Source: Flavobacteriales bacterium (GTDB lineage Bacteria > Bacteroidota > Bacteroidia > Flavobacteriales_F > PHOS-HE28). From it: DNA of 64,000 nucleotides. This document shows, one piece after another, positions 1-11,100 of the stretch; position 1 is the stretch's first letter; every line of letters begins with the position of its first letter. Location: NCBI GenBank assembly GCA_017987115.1, contig JAGNUG010000001.1, positions 33,405 through 97,404 of the forward strand, read 5' to 3'. The position numbers and the translations under genes are program-made. The notes beneath the pieces were generated by a model. That model had not been told where the DNA came from. It ran no database searches and was given only the letters and a program-made list of their open reading frames with translations.

Positions 1-1127
1 CCGCCACCAGCCAGAAACCTCGTCGTGTGATCAAAGCGGAGAGCACGTATTACGCTACGATCAATGCCAACGTTCACCGTGGTGTGCATACGCTGAGCAC
101 CCTTGCGACCGAAGCACAAGAAGCAGCGCGTGAGACGATCCGCGAACACATCAACGCTGCTCATTCCCACGAGGTGATCTTTACCAGTGGCACCACAGCG
201 AGCATCAACCTAGCCGCGAACAGCCTTGGCAGTCTGCTTTTGAATAAGGGAGATGAAGTATTGATCTCCGGTATGGAACATCACGCGAACATTGTGCCGT
301 GGCAATTGGTTTGTGAACGGGCTGGCGCGGTTTTGAGGGCTATTCCGGTTACAGATGATGGTCAATTAGCTGATGCGATGATCAGCCAATTAGCTAATTG
401 CCGAATCCTCGCGCTTACACATGTGAGCAATACACTGGGGACGATCAATCCGATCAAGGAACTCATTGCTGAAGCAAAAAAACGCGGCATTGTTACCGTG
501 ATCGATGGTGCCCAGGCCATGCCGCATATACAAGTGGATGTGCAGGATCTCGGCTGCGACTTCTATGCGTTCAGCGGGCATAAATGTTATGGTCCGACCG
601 GTGTTGGCGTGTTGTATGGTCGTGAAGAACTGCTCGAAAAGATGCCGCCATGGCAAGGCGGTGGCGAGATGATCGATCAGGTCACGTTCGAGAAAACGAC
701 GTATGCCAAATTGCCTTTCAAGTTCGAGGCGGGCACACCGAACATTGCAGGTATCATCGGTTTAGGTGAAGCCATTCGTTGGATGCAGGACTACGACCTA
801 AGTGCCATGGCTGAGCATGAACACGTGCTTCTGGAACATGCTACTAAAGAGTTACTGACCATCGACGGCCTTCGGATCATCGGCACAGCAAAGGAGAAGG
901 TGGGCGTGATCTCTTTCGTCATTGAAGGAATTCACCATTACGATCTTGGAACGCTCTTGGACCAGCAAGGAATTGCTGTGCGAACGGGACACCACTGCAC
1001 ACAGCCGTTGATGGAACGATTCGGCGTGAGCGGAACAACGCGGGCGAGCTTCGCGTGCTTCAACACGATCCCGGAAGTGGATGCGATGCTCGCAGCGATT
1101 CAGAAAGCCGTGAAGATGTTGCGATGA
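1..1127 (+). CDS. sufS: Cysteine desulfurase SufS (5' end lies outside the window)
   Basis: PLP-fold class V aminotransferase motifs are present (FSGHKCYGPTGVGVLYG, TGHHCTQP, RASFACFNTIPEVD). The reading frame is open back to the window start. The gene sits upstream of sufE and DUF59. Confidence 0.8.
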   Translation, partial: ATSQKPRRVIKAESTYYATINANVHRGVHTLSTLATEAQEAARETIREHINAAHSHEVIFTSGTTASINLAANSLGSLLLNKGDEVLISGMEHHANIVPWQLVCERAGAVLRAIPVTDDGQLADAMISQLANCRILALTHVSNTLGTINPIKELIAEAKKRGIVTVIDGAQAMPHIQVDVQDLGCDFYAFSGHKCYGPTGVGVLYGREELLEKMPPWQGGGEMIDQVTFEKTTYAKLPFKFEAGTPNIAGIIGLGEAIRWMQDYDLSAMAEHEHVLLEHATKELLTIDGLRIIGTAKEKVGVISFVIEGIHHYDLGTLLDQQGIAVRTGHHCTQPLMERFGVSGTTRASFACFNTIPEVDAMLAAIQKAVKMLR

Positions 1128-1714
1128 ACTTGTACAAGGCCATAGCACAACTGAAGCCAGCGCTGCGCGATTCGCATCTCGCCATCATTTCCATAGATCA
1201 TCAACACCTCGAACTGCGCGGCCACAATCGTAACAACTTGGCTATTCTGCCGACCCTCATGTATGGTGCTCTTCCTCTCGTTGGAATATTCTACTTCTGG
1301 AGGAAGAAGGGTGCGGAATTAATAGTCGGCCTTTGCGCCTTGCTCTTTACCATGGTCCTAGTGGTACGTGTCCTGAGCATTGTCAATACCAAAAAGAGCT
1401 ATATCCTGTACGACCATGCCGAAGGCCAACTCTCCTTCAGAAATGCGGAGGTAAAGTATCAGGGTATCCGAACCTCAGGAATCGAAAGTGTTGGATCCTC
1501 TGTGACTCTCATCACGAACAGTCGATACCCACATAAGAATTGGTACGTAGCCAATGTTGACCTATTCGCCTCAGAGGGGACCAAGTACACAGTAGCGCAA
1601 TTCGAGGCTGAAACGCCATACGCACCCACCAAGCAAGCGCAGGTGCTTGGCCAACTCCTCGCGGCCTACTTGACCCGCCCTTTTGAGCATTCGGAAAAGA
1701 TAGTGGTGGCATGA
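1124..1714 (+). CDS. Hypothetical membrane protein
   Basis: The ATG at 1124 overlaps the sufS stop as ATGA. There are two hydrophobic helices (GALPLVGIFYFW, LIVGLCALLFTMVLVVRVLSIV). I recognise no family. The earlier ATG at 1055 would lie inside sufS. Confidence 0.45.
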   Translation: MNLYKAIAQLKPALRDSHLAIISIDHQHLELRGHNRNNLAILPTLMYGALPLVGIFYFWRKKGAELIVGLCALLFTMVLVVRVLSIVNTKKSYILYDHAEGQLSFRNAEVKYQGIRTSGIESVGSSVTLITNSRYPHKNWYVANVDLFASEGTKYTVAQFEAETPYAPTKQAQVLGQLLAAYLTRPFEHSEKIVVA

Positions 1715-2142
1715 GCACAACAAGCACTCTCGCCCAAGCCCAACAAGAAGTCGTTGACGAGTTCGCGATGTTCAGCGATTGGCAGGATCGTTACGAGCAC
1801 TTGATCGAACTTGGTAAAGACCTGCCGTTGATCGCTGCGGAACTTAAGACCGAGGAGAACATCGTGCGCGGTTGTCAGAGTCGTGTGTGGTTGAGCGCTG
1901 AACAACTGAATGGGCTCGTTCATTTCACTGCTGATAGCGATGCCATGATCACCAAAGGAATTGTTGCATTACTCGTACGCGTATTGAACGACCGCAAACC
2001 AGAAGAGATCCTGAATACACCACTCACGTTCATCGATTCAATAGGCTTGCGCGAACACCTTTCACCGAACCGTAGCAACGGACTTGTGGCAATGCTTGAT
2101 CAAATGAAGCGATACGCCCTGGCTTACTCCGCGACACAATGA
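1711..2142 (+). CDS. sufE: Cysteine desulfuration protein SufE
   Basis: The SufE signature around the persulfide Cys (RGCQSRVWL) is present. The size is 143 aa. Its start is coupled to the previous stop as ATGA. Confidence 0.8.
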   Translation: MSTTSTLAQAQQEVVDEFAMFSDWQDRYEHLIELGKDLPLIAAELKTEENIVRGCQSRVWLSAEQLNGLVHFTADSDAMITKGIVALLVRVLNDRKPEEILNTPLTFIDSIGLREHLSPNRSNGLVAMLDQMKRYALAYSATQ

Positions 2143-2459
2143 CCGTAGAAGAAAAACAACAATTGGAAGAGCGCGTGATCCTTACGCTGAAGTCGGTCTA
2201 CGATCCGGAGATCCCTGTCGATATTTACGAGTTAGGACTGATCTACGACGTGGTGATCCACGATGATGGTAGCGTGTACATCAAAATGACATTGACCAGT
2301 CCGGCATGTCCTGTTGCAGGAACATTACCCGGCGAAGTGGAGGATAAAGTCGCGACCGCCGAAGGTGTGAAAAGCGCTAAAGTGGAGATCACGTTCGAGC
2401 CCGCATGGGAGAAAAGCATGATGAGCGAGGCGGCGCAATTGGAATTGGGTTTCATGTGA
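2139..2459 (+). CDS. sufT: DUF59/MIP18-family Fe-S cluster assembly protein (SufT-like)
   Basis: It is 106 aa with the conserved TSPACP motif and the PEIPVDIYELGLIYD N-terminal motif of DUF59. The genes are packed with 4-nt overlaps within the suf cluster. Confidence 0.7.
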   Translation: MTVEEKQQLEERVILTLKSVYDPEIPVDIYELGLIYDVVIHDDGSVYIKMTLTSPACPVAGTLPGEVEDKVATAEGVKSAKVEITFEPAWEKSMMSEAAQLELGFM

Positions 2460-2992
2460 TGAACGATCAAGAAAACATCATCAATAAAGTAGCATCCAGC
2501 GGTATCATCACTCTTGATCTGGAAGAGCTCTACCCGCAAGGAAAGCGCGTGATTTTCGACCTGAAGCCATTGCTTTGGGAAGAGGTGGCGTTGAAAGAAG
2601 CCGACCTACGCGCATTCGTAAAGGAGCATGACTGGGCGCAGTACAAGGGCCAATTCGTAAGCGTGCATTGTTCTGCTGATGCGATCGTGCCTACTTGGGC
2701 GTATATGTTGGTAGCTACACAATTGCAACCACACGCAGCATTCGTTTCGCAAGGCGATCTTGAACAATTGGAGCGTGCGATCTTTACACGGTTCGTTGCG
2801 CAATTGGATGTTGCTCCTTACCAAGGTTCTCGTGTGGTGGTAAAGGGTTGCAGCAAAGTACACGTGCCACTTAATGCGTACGTGGAACTCAGTGCCAAAC
2901 TATTGCCCGTTGTGAAGAGCTTGATGTTCGGGGAACCTTGTAGCACGGTGCCTTTGTACAAAGCACCGAAAGCCGCGTCCTCCGAGTCATAG
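2459..2992 (+). CDS. DUF2480-family protein (suf-operon associated in Bacteroidota)
   Basis: The ATG at 2459 overlaps the upstream stop. The sequence (VASSGIITLDLEELYPQG..HCSADAIVPTWAYM) resembles the DUF2480 proteins found 3' of suf genes in Bacteroidota. The family assignment is from memory. Confidence 0.55.
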   Translation: MNDQENIINKVASSGIITLDLEELYPQGKRVIFDLKPLLWEEVALKEADLRAFVKEHDWAQYKGQFVSVHCSADAIVPTWAYMLVATQLQPHAAFVSQGDLEQLERAIFTRFVAQLDVAPYQGSRVVVKGCSKVHVPLNAYVELSAKLLPVVKSLMFGEPCSTVPLYKAPKAASSES

Positions 2993-3023
2993 CTTATTCA
3001 ACGGCTCAACGTATCTTCACGGC

Positions 3024-5132
3024 ATGCGTTCATTCGTTGTTCTGGTCGCGCTTGTTGCGCATGCTATTCTCTTTGCTCAAGTAGACACTGCCACTGTTCC
3101 ACATAGTGAGAACGGTTGGTCTCTTTCCCCACACGGAACCATACGCGTACTGCTGATCTTCGCCGAGATCGATTATAATAAGAACGCTAGCATGGACCCA
3201 CAACCGGGAGGTGCAGAGCACTGGCCAAAAGGGAAGTTGCCCATTTGGAAGGACGAGGTCTTCGAACCGTTCCACACGACGGACCCAAAGGCATCCGTAA
3301 CCCGTTATTACAACGATATTTCCTTAGGTCAGTTCGAGGTACTGGGGGATTATATCGATGAGGTCGTGGTGATCCCAGAGAGTGAATACAAAGTAAGCAG
3401 CGGATATTCCTTAGGGTCATACGCTGTAAAAGTACTTGCATCGCGCAATGCACTCAAGACACATCATGACCTAAAGGTCGACGATTTCGATATGTGGAAA
3501 CGAGGGGGCAAACCAGGAATGCCGAAAACCAAAGGTCCCGATGATCCGCATAGTTATGACCATGTGATGGTGATCGTGCGCAACAGTAATCTTACACATG
3601 GCCAAGGAAGTGTGGACAGTGGTAGTCCTGGTAAATTATTCGGTTATGAAAGCGATTCACAAAGTCGGTTCGGAGCGATGTACGGTATGCCGTTCGATAT
3701 CCTGAAACACGAATTCAACCACTTATTGCTCGGTGGGAACAACTTCCACAGTGGCGGTGGAAATGCTGCACAATTCCAAAGCTATTTCATCTGCCAACAG
3801 GGTGGTTGGAGCATTATGGGTGCGGCGAACAGCTCTTTGCTTACTGCCAGTGCATGGGACCGGGATCGACTCGGATGGCGCGCAGCGGATGCTTGTGAAA
3901 GGATCAATGCAAGGAACACCACCGGTCTGTGTGTGAATGGTGACCTGGACCCAATGCAAGGTGATACTGGAATGTTCATTATCCGCGACTTCGTAACGAC
4001 TGGTGATGCTTTGCGTATCCGCATGCCGTTCCTGGAAGAAGATGTTCTACCGCAATGGCTTTGGATCGAGAACCATCAAACCTTTGCTCGCAATGGTAGT
4101 CCCACGGACAGGTATCATTGGGAGGAGCAACAACCCTGCTCACCTAAAGCCGAGCCAGGTCTGTACATGACCATGCAAGTTGATCGTGAAAAGAAAAGTG
4201 GAAAGGATATCTATGGTGGTTCGGCGGACTACTTGCGTCCTGTTCCGGCCAGCGGTAATTACGACCTGGAACTTACAGGTGATACGGTCAAGAATAGTTG
4301 CCCGTTCGGCGGGTCCTACCTCGCCTATGGAAGAACGCCAAGTTCCGCGAATCCCCTGACCGGAAACCATGAACAAGAACTACCCGTGTATGACAAGAAC
4401 CATGACGGTGTTCTGAAACGGGGAGATCACTGGATACCCGGAACCCGGATCGAAAAAGGGAACACGATCTATGGAATGGTCTTTACCGGGGCTACGGACC
4501 ACGCGTTCAGAATGAATGGAAAGCGTAAGATCGCGATGGGAACAAATCCCTCAAGTTCAAATATGATGACCTTGGTGAGCGGTAACGGAAGCGACTCTTA
4601 CAAAAGGGGGAAACCGAACGTGCGCACTGTATTCTTGAATGGCCTAAGTGTCGAATTGCTGAACATGGATGCCGCTGGCAATGCTACGGTCCGGGTACGG
4701 ACCAACGATACCGAAATTCTGGAAGATGTGCGTTGGTGCGCAGATAGTATCGTCCTACCTCCATTGCAGGGAAATGATGGCTACGCGCTATCACTCTCAT
4801 CCGGCAAGAACTTAGTGTTGGATCGCTCCAGAACCCCAACGCGCATCAATGATCCAGAGGAACGATCCGGGACGATCTATTTCAGTTCACCTACCAAAAT
4901 GGTATTATTGGAAAACGCTCGGGTTAAAATAGGAACGAACGCCACCGTACAACTGGAAAATGATGCTGAGCTACACCTCCTGCCTGGTGCGACCATGTGC
5001 TTCGGCACACAAGCGAAACTGAAGATCAATGGTGGTTCTCGTGTATTCTTACATGGCAATGCATCGATCGACTGCTCTCCGAACTTGTTGAAGAAACTGA
5101 ATGCGTCCGGCAAGCTTGTTCGTATCCCTTGA
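3024..5132 (+). CDS. Secreted putative zinc metalloprotease (HExxH)
   Basis: It has an N-terminal signal peptide (MRSFVVLVALVAHAILFAQ). The only recognisable catalytic motif in the 702 aa is HEFNHLLLGGNNFH. No T9SS CTD was recognised. Confidence 0.5.
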   Translation: MRSFVVLVALVAHAILFAQVDTATVPHSENGWSLSPHGTIRVLLIFAEIDYNKNASMDPQPGGAEHWPKGKLPIWKDEVFEPFHTTDPKASVTRYYNDISLGQFEVLGDYIDEVVVIPESEYKVSSGYSLGSYAVKVLASRNALKTHHDLKVDDFDMWKRGGKPGMPKTKGPDDPHSYDHVMVIVRNSNLTHGQGSVDSGSPGKLFGYESDSQSRFGAMYGMPFDILKHEFNHLLLGGNNFHSGGGNAAQFQSYFICQQGGWSIMGAANSSLLTASAWDRDRLGWRAADACERINARNTTGLCVNGDLDPMQGDTGMFIIRDFVTTGDALRIRMPFLEEDVLPQWLWIENHQTFARNGSPTDRYHWEEQQPCSPKAEPGLYMTMQVDREKKSGKDIYGGSADYLRPVPASGNYDLELTGDTVKNSCPFGGSYLAYGRTPSSANPLTGNHEQELPVYDKNHDGVLKRGDHWIPGTRIEKGNTIYGMVFTGATDHAFRMNGKRKIAMGTNPSSSNMMTLVSGNGSDSYKRGKPNVRTVFLNGLSVELLNMDAAGNATVRVRTNDTEILEDVRWCADSIVLPPLQGNDGYALSLSSGKNLVLDRSRTPTRINDPEERSGTIYFSSPTKMVLLENARVKIGTNATVQLENDAELHLLPGATMCFGTQAKLKINGGSRVFLHGNASIDCSPNLLKKLNASGKLVRIP

Positions 5133-5140
5133 GACGAACC

Positions 5141-7042
5141 TCAGTAAGCTCTTACGTTCTTGCCCTCCCGATAGTTGATGAACGCACGGTTCACTACACG
5201 GTTTCCACCCGGTGTGGGATAGTTGCCCGTGAAGTACCAATCACCTAAATGGTCCGGACAAGCGGCGTGCAATCCTTCAATGCTCTGGTAGATCACCTTT
5301 ACCTCAGCTTCAATATCCGGAGGGGTTAACATCTCCGCGATCTTATCGCTGATCTGTTCCGCAGTGAACGGTGCATAGATCGCTTTTACCACATTCTCCT
5401 GCTCGGTGAACGGTCGCCTTACCATCTCAAGGGCGCGATCATAAACGTCGTCGATGATATTCTCTTGCTTGGTCTCTTGCAGTAGCGCAATGGCAGCACG
5501 GAAAGCTGCTAGATCACCCATCTTCGCCATGTCAATGCCGTAACAATCGGGATACCGGATCTGCGGCGCACTGCTTACTACGATGATCCGTTTCGGTCCG
5601 AGCCTATCAAGCATTTTAAGGATGCTCTGCTTCAATGTAGTACCGCGCACAATGCTGTCGTCGATCACCACCAGATCATCCAAACCGCGACGCACACTGC
5701 CATAAGTGATGTCGTAGACGTGTGCTACAAGATCATCGCGTGCGTCATCGGCTGTTATGAACGTGCGCAACTTCGCATCCTTGATCGCCACCTTTTCCAG
5801 ACGCGGTCGTAATGCCAAAATGGATCGGATCTTCTCTCCGGAAGGGTTCGCACCCAATGCAAGGATCCGTCGTTCCTTCAGCTTGTCCAATTGATCATCC
5901 AATTCCTTGAGCATTCCATAGAACGCTACCTCTGCGGTATTGGGAATGAAGCTGAAAACGGTGTTCTCCAGATCATGGTCCACAGCATCCAGAATGGCCG
6001 GACAGACCGATCGACCCAGCGCCATACGCTCTTGGTACACATCACGATCACTGCCGCGACTGAAATAGATCCGTTCAAAACTGCATGAACGTTTTTCCAA
6101 CGGTTCCAGGATCTTTTCTTCACTGAACATTCCATCTTTGCGAATGATCAACGCGCAACCCGGAGTCAATTCGTTCACGTTTTCCGTGTGCAGCGCGAAT
6201 GCTGTTTGAATGGCCGGACGTTCACTCGCTACCACCACAACTTCATCATCGGCATACCAATACGCCGGACGAATTCCCGCTGGATCCCGAAGTACGAACG
6301 CATCACCATGGCCGATCATTCCAGCCAACGCATAGCCGCCATCAAAATCGATCGCACTTTGCTTGAGTATGCTTTGCACATCCATTTTCTCGGCCATGAT
6401 CTTCGTCACTTGCCGATCGTTATATCCTAATTGTTGGTGGAGCTGCACCAAGCGATCGTTCTCCTTATCCAGAAAATGTCCGATCTTCTCCAGAACGGTC
6501 ATCGTGTCGCTGCGTTCCTTAGGATGCTGACCAATGCTCACCAACAGGTCGAAAAGCTCATCGACATTGGTCATGTTGAAATTCCCTGCAACGACGAGGT
6601 TACGCGTGATCCAGTTGTTCAACCGGCGTCTCGGATGGCAATTCTCCTCACCATCCTTCCCGAAGGTGGCATAACGCAAATGACCCATAAGCAATTCACC
6701 CATGAACGGCATACGCTCCTTCAAAGCGGCAACATCGTTCACACTATTCGGATCGCTTGCAACAGTTTCGTTATATCCGCCATGGATCTTTGCAAAGATC
6801 TTTTGGATCGCCTGCTTATCCGTACTACGGGAGCGGTCGATGAAATTGAGACCCGGCGTAGGATCCAATTTTATCGTTGCAACGCCTGCGCCATCCTGAC
6901 CTCGGTTGTGCTGTTTCTCCATCAAGAGATACAACTTATTGAGGCCATAAAGCGGTGTGCCGTACTTCTCCTTGTAATACGCCAATGGTTTCCGCAGGCG
7001 GATCAGGGCAATGCCACATTCATGCTTGATCGCATCGCTCAT
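5141..7042 (-). CDS. purF: Amidophosphoribosyltransferase (long-form PurF)
   Basis: It is a class II glutamine amidotransferase with N-terminal nucleophile Cys after a short propeptide (MSDAIKHECGIALIRL). The PRTase motif VVIDDSIVRGTTLKQSI is present. The ORF is open to 7114 but the Met at 7042 places the Cys near the N-terminus. Confidence 0.8.
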   Translation of the reverse strand: MSDAIKHECGIALIRLRKPLAYYKEKYGTPLYGLNKLYLLMEKQHNRGQDGAGVATIKLDPTPGLNFIDRSRSTDKQAIQKIFAKIHGGYNETVASDPNSVNDVAALKERMPFMGELLMGHLRYATFGKDGEENCHPRRRLNNWITRNLVVAGNFNMTNVDELFDLLVSIGQHPKERSDTMTVLEKIGHFLDKENDRLVQLHQQLGYNDRQVTKIMAEKMDVQSILKQSAIDFDGGYALAGMIGHGDAFVLRDPAGIRPAYWYADDEVVVVASERPAIQTAFALHTENVNELTPGCALIIRKDGMFSEEKILEPLEKRSCSFERIYFSRGSDRDVYQERMALGRSVCPAILDAVDHDLENTVFSFIPNTAEVAFYGMLKELDDQLDKLKERRILALGANPSGEKIRSILALRPRLEKVAIKDAKLRTFITADDARDDLVAHVYDITYGSVRRGLDDLVVIDDSIVRGTTLKQSILKMLDRLGPKRIIVVSSAPQIRYPDCYGIDMAKMGDLAAFRAAIALLQETKQENIIDDVYDRALEMVRRPFTEQENVVKAIYAPFTAEQISDKIAEMLTPPDIEAEVKVIYQSIEGLHAACPDHLGDWYFTGNYPTPGGNRVVNRAFINYREGKNVRAY

Positions 7043-7263
7043 GGAAGAAGGCTCATCGGTTAAGAATGCAAAGATAGTTCGTTGAAAATGCGTGATGGCC
7101 CAACGCGGATCCATGTTGACAGATCGAGCGTTCCGGGTCGGCTTGAAGGCCCATTCACACTAAAATCACTGTTCATGTTGGTTTCCAGAAGGTTTTGAGG
7201 CAACTGGAACGCCCTCTTTGATGTCTATCTGTTGTAATTTAGCTATTTCGCCGGCGCGGTTTT

Positions 7264-10200
7264 ATGCGAGCTACCCTTTCCATATTCTTCCTATGCCTTG
7301 TCGGCGTTGGGTTTGCGGCTGCTCCTGTTGCCTCGTTCACTGAGAATAAGGGGCAATGGCCGGTCCAAGTGCTTTATCGCGTGGAATTCCCTGGCGGAGC
7401 CTTGTTCGTTGAGCGAGAAGCCTTTACGTATGTGCTGCGTTCCGGAGGGCATCAGCACGGACATGGCGATGGAGCGCAGGATGCACCTGCTCGCGCCCAT
7501 GCCTATCGGGTCCATTTCGTGGGCGGACATGCTCAGGGTAGCGAAGGCCGGTTAAAACAACCCCACTACGAGAATTTCTTCCTCGGAAACGACCCCACCA
7601 AATGGGGAACCGGTTGTGCGCTGTTCGGAGAAGTGCTGCTCACCGATATTTGGCCTGGGATCGACCTTCGTTTCGATGGGCGTTCCGGACTGAAATACGA
7701 GTTCATCGTTGCTTCCGGAGCAGACCCCCATCTGATCAAGTTGCGCTTTGAAGGTCATGATGGCATAGTGGTCAAGGATGATCGGTTGTTCGTGCGTACA
7801 ACTGCCGGTGAGATGATCGAGGAAGCACCCGTAAGCTTTTATGCTGATGGGTCCGCTGAAGAAGAGGTCCTGTCCGCTTTCAGTTTGAAGGATGACTTAT
7901 TAGCATTTGATCTTCATGAAGGGACCGACGCATCACGTAAGTTGATCATCGACCCGATCCTCACCTTCGGTTCCTATTCCGGAAGTACCGGAGATAACTT
8001 CGGGTTCACAGCAACATACGATGCCACCGGGCACCTTTACGGGGGCGGCAATGTGTTCGACATCGGGTACCCAACGACCGTTGGTGTGCTTGATCCGATC
8101 TTCAATGGAGGTACGTGCGACGTTGGAATTTCCAAATGGTCGCCAGATGGAACAACATTAGTATGGAGCACCTATCTCGGTGGTACTGGCGATGATCTGC
8201 CACACAGTTTGGTGGTGAACACGAACAACGAACTTTTCGTGATGGGCTCAACTGGATCCAGCGATATGCCAGTCACGGCAGGGTGTTTTGACCCTTCTTT
8301 CAATAGCGGCACACCGAACTTCGTTAGCAGTTACAATTATCCGAACGGCTCCGATATCTACGTTGCACATTTCAACGCAGCGGCGACATCATTGATCGGT
8401 TGCACATACGTAGGAGGGTTGGGTAATGATGGCCTCAATACCGGTCCGCTGAACTTCAACTACGGTGATCAATTCAGAGGCGAGATCGCATTGGATGCCA
8501 ATGAAAAACCGGTGATCTCCACTGTTACCGCAAGTATCGATATGCCGACATCTCCTGGCGCGCCGCAGGCAGCCAATGCGGGTGGAGCACACGACGCATA
8601 TTTCTTCCGAATGAATGCCGCACTTACTGCGATGGAATGGGGCACCTACCACGGCGGAACGGAAGACGATACGGGATTCGGTGTGCAATTCGATAGTGCT
8701 GGAAACATCTTCACCACAGGCGGTACGCAAAGCTCCAACCTTCCAACTGCCGGCTCTCCAGCAGCAGGATCCTTCTTCGGTTCAAGTGACGGATACATCG
8801 CGCGCTATTCACCGGACGGTAGCACCTTGTTATCCACCACATTCGCTGGAACCAACAATTACGATCAAAGCTTTCTTGTGCAATTGGATCTACAGGACAA
8901 TGTCTACATCGTGGGTCAAACGCATGGTGCATATCCAGTTACACCGGGTAAATACGCTGTACCGAACAGCTCACAGTTCATCCATAAGTTCAGCAACGAC
9001 CTCAGCACTTCGCTTTGGAGCACCCGCATCGGTAACGGGAATGGGAATGAGGACATTTCACCCTCTGCTTTTCTGGTAAGCGATTGCGGCCAGATCTATT
9101 TCAGTGGCTGGGGTGGAGGTACCAACAACGTAGGTGTACCAATTAATAGCACGACCAATGGATTGCCGACAACACCCGGAGCATTCCAATCCACAACTGA
9201 TGGCAGTGACTTCTACCTGATGGTGCTTGAACCCGATGCCGATGCACTCAATTACGCAACATTCTTCGGCGGTGCAGTAAGCAGTGAACATGTGGACGGT
9301 GGCACATCGCGATTCGACAAGAACGGAACGGTATACCAAGCCGTTTGTGCAGGATGTGGCGCAAATAGCGATTTCCCAACAACTCCGGGTGCATGGAGCA
9401 ATACCAACAACAGTTTCAACTGCAACTTGGGTGTGTTCAAATTCGATCTTGCGGCGCCCAATGTGCAGATCGGGATCGCTGGACCCAACACGATCTGTTT
9501 CCCGAGCGATGTTCAATTCACGAACACCAGTACCGGAGGAAACACCTTCCTGTGGAACTTCGGTGATGGTGGCACCAGTACGGAATACTTGCCAACCCAT
9601 ACCTATACGGAGGAAGGCACCTTCACGGTCACCTTGGTCATGTCAGATAGCTACGGCTGCTCGCCTTCGGATAGCGCATCGATCACCATAGTCAGTAACA
9701 GCGGCCCGGTCGCGAACGTGGACCCCGCACCCATCATCTGCCCTGGAGGTTCGACCCAATTGAATGCTTCGGGTGGCGATACCTACAGTTGGTCGCCACC
9801 AACAGGATTGAGCGACCCGACCATTGCTGATCCGTTCGCGGCACCAGCAACCACTACGAATTACACCGTGGTCGCCAGTGGTATCTGCGGAACGGATACC
9901 GCATCCGTGAATGTGATCGTGGACATTCCGGCTGGAACCGCCATGCCCGATCCGACCATTTGCATTGGCGACGCTATTGAACTAAGTTTGCTTTCCGGTA
10001 CCGTACAAAGTTGGGAACCCGACCCTACCCTTTCCAGCACCACCAGTCAAACGCCTACGGCAACACCACTGGATACGACAACCTATTACGTCACGATCGT
10101 TTCCGACCAAGGATGCATTGTTACGGATTCGATCACCATTTACGTGATCGATGGACTACCGGAACCAGCGCTTGTGGACACCGCGATCTGCACCGGTTCT

Positions 10201-11100
10201 TCCGTTCTCCTCACCGGCCCGGTTGCGGATAGTTGGAGCTGGCAGGCTTCAGCGGATCTTACTGCATTGAATGCGCAAAGCACTACTGCAACGCCGGGTA
10301 TTGAAACAACCTATTACGTTGTTGCCACGAATGTTTGCGGCTCCATTACGGACAGTGTTCGTGTGAGCTTGATCACCGTGCAACCTGCAGCTTGGCCGGA
10401 TACCATTGTGTGCCCCGGCATGGAAGTGCAGCTCTTTGCGAACGGTGGTGTGGAATACAGTTGGTCGCCACCGGAAACGTTGAACTATCCGGATACCGCT
10501 TCGCCGGTCGCTGTGGTCTGGGGGCCGATCACCTACAGCATTGAAGTAACCGATGAGTACGGATGCATTGGCAACACCACGCTTTCATTGACCACCTGGC
10601 CATTACCGAATGTGTTGGCAGACCCGGACCAGATCATTGAATGGGGGCATACCGCACAACTGGGTGCCGTTGGCGATGGTCTTCTTGTTTGGGAAACCGT
10701 TGAAACCCTGAGCTGCGATACGTGTGATTCACCCATCGCGAAGCCGGATTCCAGCACGACCTATACCGTTACCGTTACCGATGTGAACGGCTGTAAGAAC
10801 ACCGATGTGGTTACGATATTATTGGATGGCTCGCTTTACGTGCCCAACACCTTTACACCGAACGGCGATGGTGTGAACGACGTGTTCCGCGCATGGGGCA
10901 AAGAGATCAAGACCTACAAACTGTACGTCTTCAACCGCTGGGGCGAGCAGATCTTCTCCACGGAGTCTTTGACCGGTTTTTGGGATGGCACCTACAAAGG
11001 CGTGGACTCACCCATAGACACCTACGTGTGGAAGATCCACGTGAGCGAGATCACCGGGAACCGACGCACGCTGTATGGGCATGTGAATTTGGTGCGGTGA
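7264..11100 (+). CDS. Large secreted SBBP/PKD-domain protein with T9SS type B (gliding-motility-associated) C-terminal sorting domain
   Basis: It has a signal peptide, beta-propeller-like SBBP repeats and a PKD domain (FLWNFGDGGTSTEYLPTHTYTEEGTFTVTL). Repeated Ig-like modules ending in SWSPP follow. The type B CTD motif is YVPNTFTPNGDGVNDVF...NRWGEQIF...GFWDGTYKG...DTYVWKI. Confidence 0.8.
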   Translation: MRATLSIFFLCLVGVGFAAAPVASFTENKGQWPVQVLYRVEFPGGALFVEREAFTYVLRSGGHQHGHGDGAQDAPARAHAYRVHFVGGHAQGSEGRLKQPHYENFFLGNDPTKWGTGCALFGEVLLTDIWPGIDLRFDGRSGLKYEFIVASGADPHLIKLRFEGHDGIVVKDDRLFVRTTAGEMIEEAPVSFYADGSAEEEVLSAFSLKDDLLAFDLHEGTDASRKLIIDPILTFGSYSGSTGDNFGFTATYDATGHLYGGGNVFDIGYPTTVGVLDPIFNGGTCDVGISKWSPDGTTLVWSTYLGGTGDDLPHSLVVNTNNELFVMGSTGSSDMPVTAGCFDPSFNSGTPNFVSSYNYPNGSDIYVAHFNAAATSLIGCTYVGGLGNDGLNTGPLNFNYGDQFRGEIALDANEKPVISTVTASIDMPTSPGAPQAANAGGAHDAYFFRMNAALTAMEWGTYHGGTEDDTGFGVQFDSAGNIFTTGGTQSSNLPTAGSPAAGSFFGSSDGYIARYSPDGSTLLSTTFAGTNNYDQSFLVQLDLQDNVYIVGQTHGAYPVTPGKYAVPNSSQFIHKFSNDLSTSLWSTRIGNGNGNEDISPSAFLVSDCGQIYFSGWGGGTNNVGVPINSTTNGLPTTPGAFQSTTDGSDFYLMVLEPDADALNYATFFGGAVSSEHVDGGTSRFDKNGTVYQAVCAGCGANSDFPTTPGAWSNTNNSFNCNLGVFKFDLAAPNVQIGIAGPNTICFPSDVQFTNTSTGGNTFLWNFGDGGTSTEYLPTHTYTEEGTFTVTLVMSDSYGCSPSDSASITIVSNSGPVANVDPAPIICPGGSTQLNASGGDTYSWSPPTGLSDPTIADPFAAPATTTNYTVVASGICGTDTASVNVIVDIPAGTAMPDPTICIGDAIELSLLSGTVQSWEPDPTLSSTTSQTPTATPLDTTTYYVTIVSDQGCIVTDSITIYVIDGLPEPALVDTAICTGSSVLLTGPVADSWSWQASADLTALNAQSTTATPGIETTYYVVATNVCGSITDSVRVSLITVQPAAWPDTIVCPGMEVQLFANGGVEYSWSPPETLNYPDTASPVAVVWGPITYSIEVTDEYGCIGNTTLSLTTWPLPNVLADPDQIIEWGHTAQLGAVGDGLLVWETVETLSCDTCDSPIAKPDSSTTYTVTVTDVNGCKNTDVVTILLDGSLYVPNTFTPNGDGVNDVFRAWGKEIKTYKLYVFNRWGEQIFSTESLTGFWDGTYKGVDSPIDTYVWKIHVSEITGNRRTLYGHVNLVR

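Noticed and set aside
6431-7063. 210-aa plus-strand ORF antisense to purF
   Set aside because: It is nested antisense within a confidently identified gene, with no recognisable family.
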